DNA from: a virus
Strand: one strand, 5' to 3'
DNA: 64,000 bases
IMG/VR virus record: IMGVR_UViG_3300023278_002686
Span: 1 to 64,000 of that record
Part shown: positions 1 to 6,985 of the stretch, piece by piece
Numbering within the stretch: position 1 is the first letter of the stretch
Layout: the number at the start of each line of letters is the position of its first letter
Position numbers and translations under genes: made by a program
Notes under the pieces: model-generated
Seen by the model: only the letters and a program-made list of their open reading frames with translations
Databases searched by the model: none
Told to the model about the DNA's origin: nothing

Positions 1-39
1 TTTCTTACTTTCCAAAATATATAAACAATATTTTTCATA

Positions 40-222
40 CTAGTCCTTTTTTTTACATGTACAAGCAAAACTATCTATTGAATGATCCGATTCTCCTAAT
101 ACAATCACATGATGTTTAATACAAGTATGCCACGAATGCCCATTTTTACATGTTGAATCTGACCGCATACATCTACAGGAACATATAGATTTTTGATTAC
201 ATACAGGACATAAATTATTCAT
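40..222 (-). CDS. small Cys/His-rich (zinc-binding) hypothetical protein
   Basis: CPVC, CSCRC, C..GH.WH.C motifs; AGGAG SD upstream. Confidence 0.6.
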   Translation of the reverse strand: MNNLCPVCNQKSICSCRCMRSDSTCKNGHSWHTCIKHHVIVLGESDHSIDSFACTCKKKD

Positions 223-239
223 ATAAACTCCTTATAATA

Positions 240-321
240 AACCCTTTGGAAGAATCGAACTTCATACTTATCCACCTAACTTAAAGATTTGTTTCGAAGA
301 CAAACATTAGGAGCAAAGGGC
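240..321 (-). tRNA. non-canonical D-arm-less tRNA-Arg(UCG)-like RNA
   Basis: 8-bp acceptor GCCCTTTG/CAAAGGGT, anticodon arm TTTGT-CTTCGAA-ACAAA, T-arm GAAG-TTCGATT-CTTC; no D hairpin. Confidence 0.7.
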
Positions 322-359
322 AATTTTATATATCAGTTGCTTTCCTATGATGTTTATAC

Positions 360-551
360 TTATTTTAATTCAAGTATTATAGAATCATCTTCAGTATTAA
401 TAGCCTTCCAAATTGAACCAGTTGAATTAGTCCATTCACAATCTTTTGTTGAAAGATCTAATAAGCTATTAACTTTTGTTTGTTCCCAATTTTCAGAATC
501 TTCTAAAAGTTTTTGAAAGTTTACCTTAATAGTGATTTTTTTATTTAACAT
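360..551 (-). CDS. hypothetical protein inside tRNA array
   Basis: AGGAGG SD, 63 aa, same strand as array. Confidence 0.6.
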   Translation of the reverse strand: MLNKKITIKVNFQKLLEDSENWEQTKVNSLLDLSTKDCEWTNSTGSIWKAINTEDDSIILELK

Positions 552-564
552 ATAATCCTCCTTA

Positions 565-636
565 AGCTTCTTAACGGACTCGAACCGATACCTTCAGATT
601 GGAAATCTGTAATGCTGCCATTAACACCAAAGAAGC
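565..636 (-). tRNA. tRNA-Gly(UCC)
   Basis: cloverleaf, anticodon loop TTTCCAA, GGTTCGAGTCC T-arm. Confidence 0.9.
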
Positions 637-641
637 AATTT

Positions 642-727
642 TGAGACGTAATAGAATTGAACTATCTGACAACCACCACACATACATACGTCAAGAGTTT
701 TACAGACTCCCGTGTGGAATACATCTC
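642..727 (-). tRNA. non-canonical D-arm-less tRNA-Tyr(GUA)
   Basis: 8-bp acceptor GAGATGTA/TACGTCTC, A73, anticodon arm GGAGT-CTGTAAA-ACTCT, T-arm ATAG-TTCAATT-CTAT; no D hairpin. Confidence 0.75.
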
Positions 728-731
728 GTTT

Positions 732-804
732 CGGTCCATAGGAGAATTGAACTCCTGTTAAAAGATTGACAGTCTTTCGTGTTAAACCACTACACTAATG
801 AACC
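732..804 (-). tRNA. tRNA-Asp(GUC)
   Basis: cloverleaf, loop CTGTCAA. Confidence 0.9.
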
Positions 805-819
805 AATTTTTATTCTTTA

Positions 820-891
820 CAGATCGGGTAGGATTCGAACCCACAACTTTTAGATTTGGAATCTAAATTTCTTCCATTGAATTACCGATCT
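820..891 (-). tRNA. tRNA-Trp(CCA)
   Basis: cloverleaf, loop TTCCAAA. Confidence 0.9.
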
Positions 892-896
892 AAATA

Positions 897-980
897 CGGA
901 AGGTAGAGGTGTCGATCCCCCATGCTTTCACATGTACTTGCTTTCAAGGCAAGGTGTTAGTAGCCGCTAACATACCTTCC
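897..980 (-). tRNA. tRNA-Ser(UGA), possible 8/4 fold
   Basis: loop CTTGAAA, long variable arm CATG..CATG, G73, T-loop ATCGACA. Confidence 0.8.
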
Positions 981-984
981 AAAA

Positions 985-1067
985 CGGTAGGTAATGGATT
1001 CGAACCATCGCACCGTTGCCGATGTACAGTTTAGCAAACTGCTTCCTTACCACTCGGACAACCTACC
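985..1067 (-). tRNA. tRNA-Ser(GCU)
   Basis: loop TTGCTAA, long variable arm, G73. Confidence 0.9.
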
Positions 1068-1074
1068 AAATTAA

Positions 1075-1205
1075 TAGGGATAATTGGATTTGAACCAATG
1101 CGTCAAGGCCGAAATCACCTTGTTTTCTACCGTAGTTTTATTTTTTTCTCTAATTTTATGATCACTATTATAGATTTTATAAAACTATCTCTGAAATATA
1201 TCCCA
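1075..1205 (-). ncRNA. tRNA-like RNA with ~57-nt hairpin inserted in D-loop and non-standard anticodon loop
   Basis: GGGATA/TATCCC acceptor, TTTC/GAAA D-stem, CAAGG-TGATTTCGG-CCTTG arm, ATTGG-TTCAAAT-CCAAT T-arm. Confidence 0.65.
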
Positions 1206-1207
1206 CT

Positions 1208-1280
1208 TGGAGCCAGTGAGAATCGAACTCACCTCAAAAACCTTGCAAAAGTTTTTCGCCACCTTGGTACATGTGACCCC
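1208..1280 (-). tRNA. tRNA-Ala(UGC), irregular D-arm
   Basis: loop TTTGCAA, G3:U70, A73. Confidence 0.85.
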
Positions 1281-1285
1281 ATAAA

Positions 1286-1359
1286 TAGACTCGATAAGAT
1301 TCGAACTTATGACTTCCTGCATGTAAAACAGACACTCTAACCAGCTGAGTTACGAGTCT
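1286..1359 (-). tRNA. tRNA-Val(UAC)
   Basis: cloverleaf, loop TTTACAT. Confidence 0.9.
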
Positions 1360-1363
1360 AAAA

Positions 1364-1437
1364 TAGGAAGAAATGGATTTGAACCATTGACCACTTGTGT
1401 ATCAGACAAGCACTCTAACCGACTGAGTTACCTTCCT
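1364..1437 (-). tRNA. tRNA-Ile(GAU)
   Basis: cloverleaf, loop CTGATAC. Confidence 0.9.
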
Positions 1438-1441
1438 ATGC

Positions 1442-1513
1442 TGGGAGACCTGGGAATTGAACCCAGAATCACGGATTTTCAGTCCGCTCTGATACCGATT
1501 TCAGCAATCTCCC
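1442..1513 (-). tRNA. tRNA-Phe(GAA)
   Basis: cloverleaf, loop CTGAAAA. Confidence 0.9.
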
Positions 1514-1519
1514 ATTCTT

Positions 1520-1644
1520 TGGAGTAGATGAGTGTCGAACTCATGTCCTACTTTAATACATCCTTTTAAGGAACAGAAGTTTTCGATTCTTGTGCAGTTA
1601 CGTCACTTCTTATTATCTTAGTAGTCGAAACCAAATACTACCCC
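1520..1644 (-). ncRNA. ssrA: miniature tmRNA (SsrA-like), 125 nt, tag frame (A)AQESKTSVP*
   Basis: 5' GGGGTAG-TATTTGGTTTCGAC and 3' GAC-ATGAG-TTCGACA-CTCAT-CTACTCC-A match the tmRNA tRNA-like domain; G3:U70; TAACT|GCA resume context. Confidence 0.75.
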
Positions 1645-1648
1645 TATT

Positions 1649-1722
1649 TACCAGCAGAAAGATTCGAACTTTCACTGTACAGAGTCTAAGTCTGCCGCCT
1701 CTACCAATTGGGCTATGCTGGC
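1649..1722 (-). tRNA. tRNA-Leu(UAG), short variable loop
   Basis: loop CTTAGAC, A73. Confidence 0.85.
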
Positions 1723-1727
1723 ATTAA

Positions 1728-1889
1728 AAAATCAAAGTTCCCAATTCATGAATCTAGCATTGATCCATATGCCTTTCAGTATTACCTTGTTAGAATCTAT
1801 ACTGAGGATGAAGTAAGGCAAGCACATCCCCAATAACGGGATTAAATATTTCCATCGATGACCCATTATTTCATCTAAACTTTGATTTT
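1728..1889 (-). ncRNA. unknown ~162-nt rod-like structured RNA (6S-like topology?)
   Basis: perfect 12-bp terminal stem AAAATCAAAGTT/AACTTTGATTTT plus nested stems; sits between two tRNAs. Confidence 0.55.
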
Positions 1890-1891
1890 AG

Positions 1892-1964
1892 TGCAGGAGA
1901 GAGGACTTGAACCTCCAACCACATGACCCCAAATCATGTATGCTACCCATTGCAACACTCCCAC
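1892..1964 (-). tRNA. tRNA with Pro anticodon (UGG), atypical acceptor stem (G1:C72, G3:U70)
   Basis: canonical 73-nt numbering, loop TTTGGGG. Confidence 0.85.
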
Positions 1965-1972
1965 AGATAAAA

Positions 1973-2071
1973 ATTTCTATCTAAAACATTTAGGGATTAC
2001 ATTATCATACACCTTGTTTTTTCTTGGCCCATTATCCTCATCCAAGTTTAACCATCATTTTAAATAGAAAT
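1973..2071 (-). ncRNA. unknown ~99-nt stem-closed RNA
   Basis: 14-bp terminal stem ATTTCTATTTAAAA/TTTTAGATAGAAAT (one G:U), inner CTTGG/CCAAG stem. Confidence 0.45.
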
Positions 2072-2074
2072 AAT

Positions 2075-2147
2075 TACTCAGGGAGGGATTCGAACCCTCA
2101 CTGGACTGGGCTTAAACCAGATATCTCTTCCGTTGGATTACCTGAGC
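2075..2147 (-). tRNA. tRNA-Leu(UAA), short variable loop
   Basis: loop TTTAAGC, A73. Confidence 0.85.
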
Positions 2148-2153
2148 ATAAAA

Positions 2154-2225
2154 AGCTGGTGAAAGGACTTGAACCCTCAACATCTTCATTACAAGTGAAG
2201 AACTCTACCATTGAGCTACACCAGC
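2154..2225 (-). tRNA. tRNA-Thr(UGU)
   Basis: cloverleaf, loop CTTGTAA. Confidence 0.92.
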
Positions 2226-2229
2226 ATAT

Positions 2230-2300
2230 TAACAGGAGTTGGAATCGAACCAACAGAGATTGGCTTATGAGACCAATTTGAATAACCAATTCTTCCTGCT
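2230..2300 (-). tRNA. tRNA-CAU (Met or Ile2), shortened D-arm
   Basis: loop CTCATAA; D-arm GAAT-TGGTT-ATTC. Confidence 0.75.
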
Positions 2301-2305
2301 ATTAT

Positions 2306-2378
2306 TAGCTCCACAGGGAATCGAACCCTGATCTCTGGGCTGAAAACCCAACGTCATAAACCATTAGACTATGGAGCC
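2306..2378 (-). tRNA. tRNA-Glu(UUC)
   Basis: cloverleaf, loop TTTTCAG. Confidence 0.9.
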
Positions 2379-2383
2379 ACATT

Positions 2384-2629
2384 TTATTTAAAATATCTTT
2401 CAGCTCGTTCAGTCATTAATTCAACATCGTGTAAAACATCTGGATGAATTTCAATGTTAGATCCATTGTTTGCTCTACCAATAGCAATTAATCTACCTTT
2501 TTTCATATCGAATTTATCTTTTTCACTACATCGTGACCAACCTATTTGACCTACATTTGTAGCTGCAACTACTCCTATAGGTATTTTGTTTTTACGAACT
2601 CTTGATACAAGAATCTTTGTATCTTTCAT
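2384..2629 (-). CDS. conserved phage hypothetical protein
   Basis: GWS.C...D.FD...G..IA..RA motif; SD AGGAG. Confidence 0.65.
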   Translation of the reverse strand: MKDTKILVSRVRKNKIPIGVVAATNVGQIGWSRCSEKDKFDMKKGRLIAIGRANNGSNIEIHPDVLHDVELMTERAERYFK

Positions 2630-2657
2630 ATTATACTCCTTAATATAAATTTTAAAA

Positions 2658-2729
2658 CTCCTAGACTTAGACTCGAACTAAGAACAATGGATTAACAGTC
2701 CACTATGATACCGATTTCACCATCTAGGA
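2658..2729 (-). tRNA. tRNA-Asn(GUU)
   Basis: cloverleaf, loop CTGTTAA, G73. Confidence 0.9.
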
Positions 2730-2831
2730 AAGAACCTTCTCTATTATATGTCAAAGATCTAATTGATTACATCACAAGCTTATAGCTGTAATACTATCTA
2801 ATGATGGATAACCAATTAATTTACCGAATTA

Positions 2832-3089
2832 TTATTTTTTGATATAATTCGATAGAGCTTGATTTCCGCAATATCCACTACCGGATAACATAAATTCTTT
2901 GTCATCTTTCGTTAACGGAATCCAATAATCCCAGTCCCAACCATTAGATTCGATTTCACCTTGTTTAAAGTTAAGCGATTCTAAATATTGTACAATTTCA
3001 CGAGGAGCTACTATGGGTGAGATTTCAATATCTAATTCAGCATTAGATTCAATTAAAGTATTTACAATACCAATAATATCTTGTCTCAT
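2832..3089 (-). CDS. hypothetical protein
   Basis: SD AAGGAG; NGWDWDYW motif. Confidence 0.7.
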   Translation of the reverse strand: MRQDIIGIVNTLIESNAELDIEISPIVAPREIVQYLESLNFKQGEIESNGWDWDYWIPLTKDDKEFMLSGSGYCGNQALSNYIKK

Positions 3090-3138
3090 AATAACTCCTT
3101 TTTAAAAAATTTACTAAGAACTTAAAGCTCTTAATATT

Positions 3139-3167
3139 ATTATATATTATAGTAAAGAAAATGTCAA
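3139..3167 (-). promoter_or_regulatory. sigma70-type promoter driving the tRNA/ncRNA array
   Basis: exact TTGACA-N17-TATAAT. Confidence 0.75.
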
Positions 3168-5974
3168 AAAGTTTTTAATTTTTTTATATCTTCTAAATTC
3201 ATCTCTTTACCAAATCCTAAAGTTTCACCTTTAGAATAATCAGCTACATTAAATTCTAATTCTTGAGGAATTCCGTTATTTTCAGGAATATCTTCTTCAA
3301 AGAATTCTTTAGCTTTCTTATATATTAACTCAATTTCATCTTTATGTACATACATAATAATAGCATCATGAATATTTGATACAATTTTTGTTTTAAGACC
3401 ATTTTCTTTTATATAATTACGTAATTTAAATATTGTGATATTCATTAAAACAACTTCAAAATTTTGAACTATTGTGTTACATGCTATATTTTCAAGTTTT
3501 TTATTTGTTCGTCCATCATCTTTTATATAAAGTAACTTATCATATTTAGTTTCTTTATCTTCTGTTCTAGCTAATAATTCAGAAAGTCTTCTAATACCTC
3601 CAAAAGGAGATACTATGTATCCATGTTGTTTAGCAAAATCAATAGAATCATCTATCCATTCTCTTACTTTAGGATATGTTTCAAAGAATTTAGCTTTAAT
3701 ATTTAAAGCAACCGCCCAATACTTACAAAAATGTAAAAACTCTTTTCTAGCAATTTCTTCTTTTTCATCAGTTTTATATACTTGTTTATCATTACCTTTA
3801 TTAAAAAATTGAGAACAAAGAAAACTTGGTTTTTGTTCTAAATCATTTTTTATTAAATAATCATCAATAGCTTCAATAGTCCAATCTGGTTTAATAGATT
3901 GTTCTGCAAAAGATAACCCGGCTGTATTAAATATAAGTGAGAAATTAACAGCTTTAGCTCTAAATCTTGCTTCATCAAATTCATGTTCTTTTTTTCTTGA
4001 AATAAACTCTTCAAAAGAATATTTATTATTCCATACTACAGAGACTGCTGTCATACTATGTAAGTCACCACCTTTGTTAATAAATACATCTTTCATGTTT
4101 GCGTCATCAGACAGTGATGCACAGATACGCAATTGAAATCCAGATGCATCTGCTTCAACTAAGTAATAATCTGAACTAGGTGGTTTAAATATAGAACGTA
4201 TTAATTTAGATAATTCTTTGTTATGTTTTGGAATATTTTGAAGATTAGGATTTTTACAATTATTTCGTCCTGATCTATTTACCATTACACCAAAATTAGC
4301 ATGTATTAAATCATCTAAAAATCTATATTGCCAATATCCATTACCTTCATGCTTATATCCAATAAACGTATTATGAATCGTTCTTAACTCATGAAGTTTT
4401 TGAATTAATTCAGCTTCTTTATATCCAGCTTTTATCCATTTCGTAAGACTATCGTCATTAACTAAATAATCTCCACGTTTAGTTCTTCCATGACAAGGAA
4501 ATTTATGTTGTTCTAAAAGCTTTCCTAATTGAGTATCACTTGATAATTTAATGTCATATTCTACTTTTGGATATTTAGCATTTGCATTAAATAAAGTTAC
4601 TTTAGATTTTATATTAAATATTTCAGCTAACTCTTTTCTTACAGCTTCTATTTGATTATGAACATCTATTGAAATAGTTTCTAGTCTATTCCAGTCTATA
4701 TACATTCCTTCATATTCCATATCACAATATGCATTAACAGAAGGTAACACAATATTAAAATAATAAGTTGATAATTTATTCTTTTGATTTTCAAAAAACT
4801 TAATATCTATTATATTTAATTGTTCTAACATTTTTTCATATACTTGGAAAGTAATTATTGAATCCATGGTTGCATATTTAAATAATATATCTATAGGTAT
4901 CATATCATACGTTATTTTTTTATATTTTTTCTTATAGTCTTCTAAATCTTTGTCATATCCTCCATGATTAGTATAATACCAAGCATGAGATTTTAATGAA
5001 TTACTTCTATTCTCATCTAATACATGTCCAGCTAAATAAGTATCAAAATCAATCTTTAAATTTTTAACTCCATGATGTCTTAAAAATTTAACATCGAACT
5101 TTAAGTTAGCTCCTATTTGATATTTATTTTTAAAAAATCTAGAAAGAATCTTTATATCTATTTTATTCCAATCTAAATAATAACCAGTTTTTCCGTCAAA
5201 AGACATTGTAATACAAATAATCTTATCTTTTTGAAAATTAAATCCTGAGGTTTCAATATCCCAAGCCACTTTTTTAGAATCCATATTAGCCAATAAAAAT
5301 TCATTAGGATCTTCTATACGAATTGAATTTAACATTGATATTCTTTTTGGATGATAATCTTGTGAATACATTCTTCTAACTTGGTATTTAAAATACCAAT
5401 GTTCAAAACTTCTATATATAGTATTTCTATTTAGAAAAATAGCAAATACTGGAAATATATGACAACATAAATCTGGATGATAAAAATATGTTTCATTAAA
5501 AACATAATCTTTAAAGTTCTTAGCTTGCATACTTGAATCATTTGTAATTGTTCTTAATGCGTGTCCATCAACAATGACTTTATCACCTGGTTTTATATAT
5601 TTTTTAAAATCTATTTTATGTTTATCTATTAATTTAGTAACATCTTTTTTAATTAAAAAATCATCAGCTATTTTATCTCTATATTTAATTTCCCATTTTT
5701 CTGAATTAGTAAGTCTTAAAGTATCTATAGATCTTTGTTTAAAACAAAATAATATTCCAAAACCTTCAGTGTATAATTTAGAACATTCTGTTTTAATAAA
5801 TTCTAAAATATAATCTTTTAATTTTTCTCCAGTTATCCAGGTTGTAGTAACTATCCAATTCTTAGGACTTTTGCATGATTTAAAAAGAATTGGATCTATT
5901 ACTTCTTTAACCTGTTTTTGTTTCTTAGGTTTTTCTGTCTTTCCATTAAGATCATAACCTATTAAAAAACTCAA
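3164..5974 (-). CDS. polA: family A DNA polymerase with 3'-5' exonuclease and N-terminal extension
   Basis: Exo DIETSG, NLKFD, YATMD; NPNLQNIP; motif A DASGFQLR, motif B RAKAVNF, motif C IHDA. Confidence 0.92.
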   Translation of the reverse strand: MSFLIGYDLNGKTEKPKKQKQVKEVIDPILFKSCKSPKNWIVTTTWITGEKLKDYILEFIKTECSKLYTEGFGILFCFKQRSIDTLRLTNSEKWEIKYRDKIADDFLIKKDVTKLIDKHKIDFKKYIKPGDKVIVDGHALRTITNDSSMQAKNFKDYVFNETYFYHPDLCCHIFPVFAIFLNRNTIYRSFEHWYFKYQVRRMYSQDYHPKRISMLNSIRIEDPNEFLLANMDSKKVAWDIETSGFNFQKDKIICITMSFDGKTGYYLDWNKIDIKILSRFFKNKYQIGANLKFDVKFLRHHGVKNLKIDFDTYLAGHVLDENRSNSLKSHAWYYTNHGGYDKDLEDYKKKYKKITYDMIPIDILFKYATMDSIITFQVYEKMLEQLNIIDIKFFENQKNKLSTYYFNIVLPSVNAYCDMEYEGMYIDWNRLETISIDVHNQIEAVRKELAEIFNIKSKVTLFNANAKYPKVEYDIKLSSDTQLGKLLEQHKFPCHGRTKRGDYLVNDDSLTKWIKAGYKEAELIQKLHELRTIHNTFIGYKHEGNGYWQYRFLDDLIHANFGVMVNRSGRNNCKNPNLQNIPKHNKELSKLIRSIFKPPSSDYYLVEADASGFQLRICASLSDDANMKDVFINKGGDLHSMTAVSVVWNNKYSFEEFISRKKEHEFDEARFRAKAVNFSLIFNTAGLSFAEQSIKPDWTIEAIDDYLIKNDLEQKPSFLCSQFFNKGNDKQVYKTDEKEEIARKEFLHFCKYWAVALNIKAKFFETYPKVREWIDDSIDFAKQHGYIVSPFGGIRRLSELLARTEDKETKYDKLLYIKDDGRTNKKLENIACNTIVQNFEVVLMNITIFKLRNYIKENGLKTKIVSNIHDAIIMYVHKDEIELIYKKAKEFFEEDIPENNGIPQELEFNVADYSKGETLGFGKEMNLEDIKKLKTF

Positions 5975-6972
5975 TTTTTATTCTCCTTTTGTTTAGCAAT
6001 ATTAATACTAGTATAATCAAGTAAATCATAAATGTCACCATTTAAAAAAGCGTGTACATCGTCCATGTTATTAAATTCACCACCTGCTGCTTTTTTATGT
6101 CCTTTTAAACACTGAAAATATTCTTGCAAATTTATGTCTTCACGAGTAGTTCTTCCTGACATTTTTTTATTAAGTTTTCGATATGCGTTTATTAGTATAA
6201 GATAATCTACATCAGGTCTTTCTTGTAAAAGTCTTGAAGCATTAAGAGATATTTTACTTCCTGTAAATGATACTAAAAATTTCTTACCATTTCTATCGAC
6301 TCTTTCTTGAAGATTAGATATTAATTTAGCATATTCTCTTTTCATAATCATATGAGCTCTTTTAATTATTTCAATTTCTGTGGGAACCCATAGCCACTCA
6401 TCCTTTCTTTGTAATTTTTGAGTTTGATTATTAATAAATTTTCTAAATTTCTCTATATCATCATCGTCACAAGATCTATTTACAGATCCAAATAATACAT
6501 GATGTAAATCACATGCTTCTTCTCTTAAAGGATGTTCTAATCTCCAACAATCATACACATCAACTAATTCTACAAAATGATAAATAATATCTTTAGGTTT
6601 AGTTTTTAATTGAGGTAATATATATTCTTCAAAGAAAATTTTAGTTCCGCATCGAGTCATATCATGCCATACATTTGGATATTTTTTAATCCATTCTGAA
6701 GATTCATGATGATCATACACAAATATATCAATTCCTAGTTTAATTAATTCATCATAAATATCTGGACTTGGAGCAAAATCTGTAAAATATATTTGATTAA
6801 AATGTTTAAGTTCTTCTATTACGTCATTATTATTTAATACGTCATAGTTAAGTGTCATTATTTTATCAAACTCAAATATATCTTTAAAATATTCTAATAA
6901 GACTGGAATTCCTACTCCATCTAAGTCAATATGAGTAACTACCAACCTTTTGTATGCGGGGGTTCTTGTCAT
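5971..6972 (-). CDS. DHH/DHHA1 phosphoesterase
   Basis: THIDLDG, DHH, GHKKAAG. Confidence 0.85.
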   Translation of the reverse strand: MTRTPAYKRLVVTHIDLDGVGIPVLLEYFKDIFEFDKIMTLNYDVLNNNDVIEELKHFNQIYFTDFAPSPDIYDELIKLGIDIFVYDHHESSEWIKKYPNVWHDMTRCGTKIFFEEYILPQLKTKPKDIIYHFVELVDVYDCWRLEHPLREEACDLHHVLFGSVNRSCDDDDIEKFRKFINNQTQKLQRKDEWLWVPTEIEIIKRAHMIMKREYAKLISNLQERVDRNGKKFLVSFTGSKISLNASRLLQERPDVDYLILINAYRKLNKKMSGRTTREDINLQEYFQCLKGHKKAAGGEFNNMDDVHAFLNGDIYDLLDYTSINIAKQKENKN

Positions 6973-6985
6973 TTAATTCTCCTTT

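Noticed and set aside
897-980. Selenocysteine or opal-suppressor tRNA
   Set aside because: Anticodon is UGA (reads UCA, Ser), not UCA
289-2289. ORF-track entries 289-516(+), 1098-1340(+), 2024-2281(+), 2098-2289(-)
   Set aside because: They overlap tRNA genes or are antisense shadows; no SD or protein motifs
2761-2817. Imperfect hairpin upstream of tRNA-Asn
   Set aside because: Short and AT-rich; could be a leader or processing structure but too weak to call
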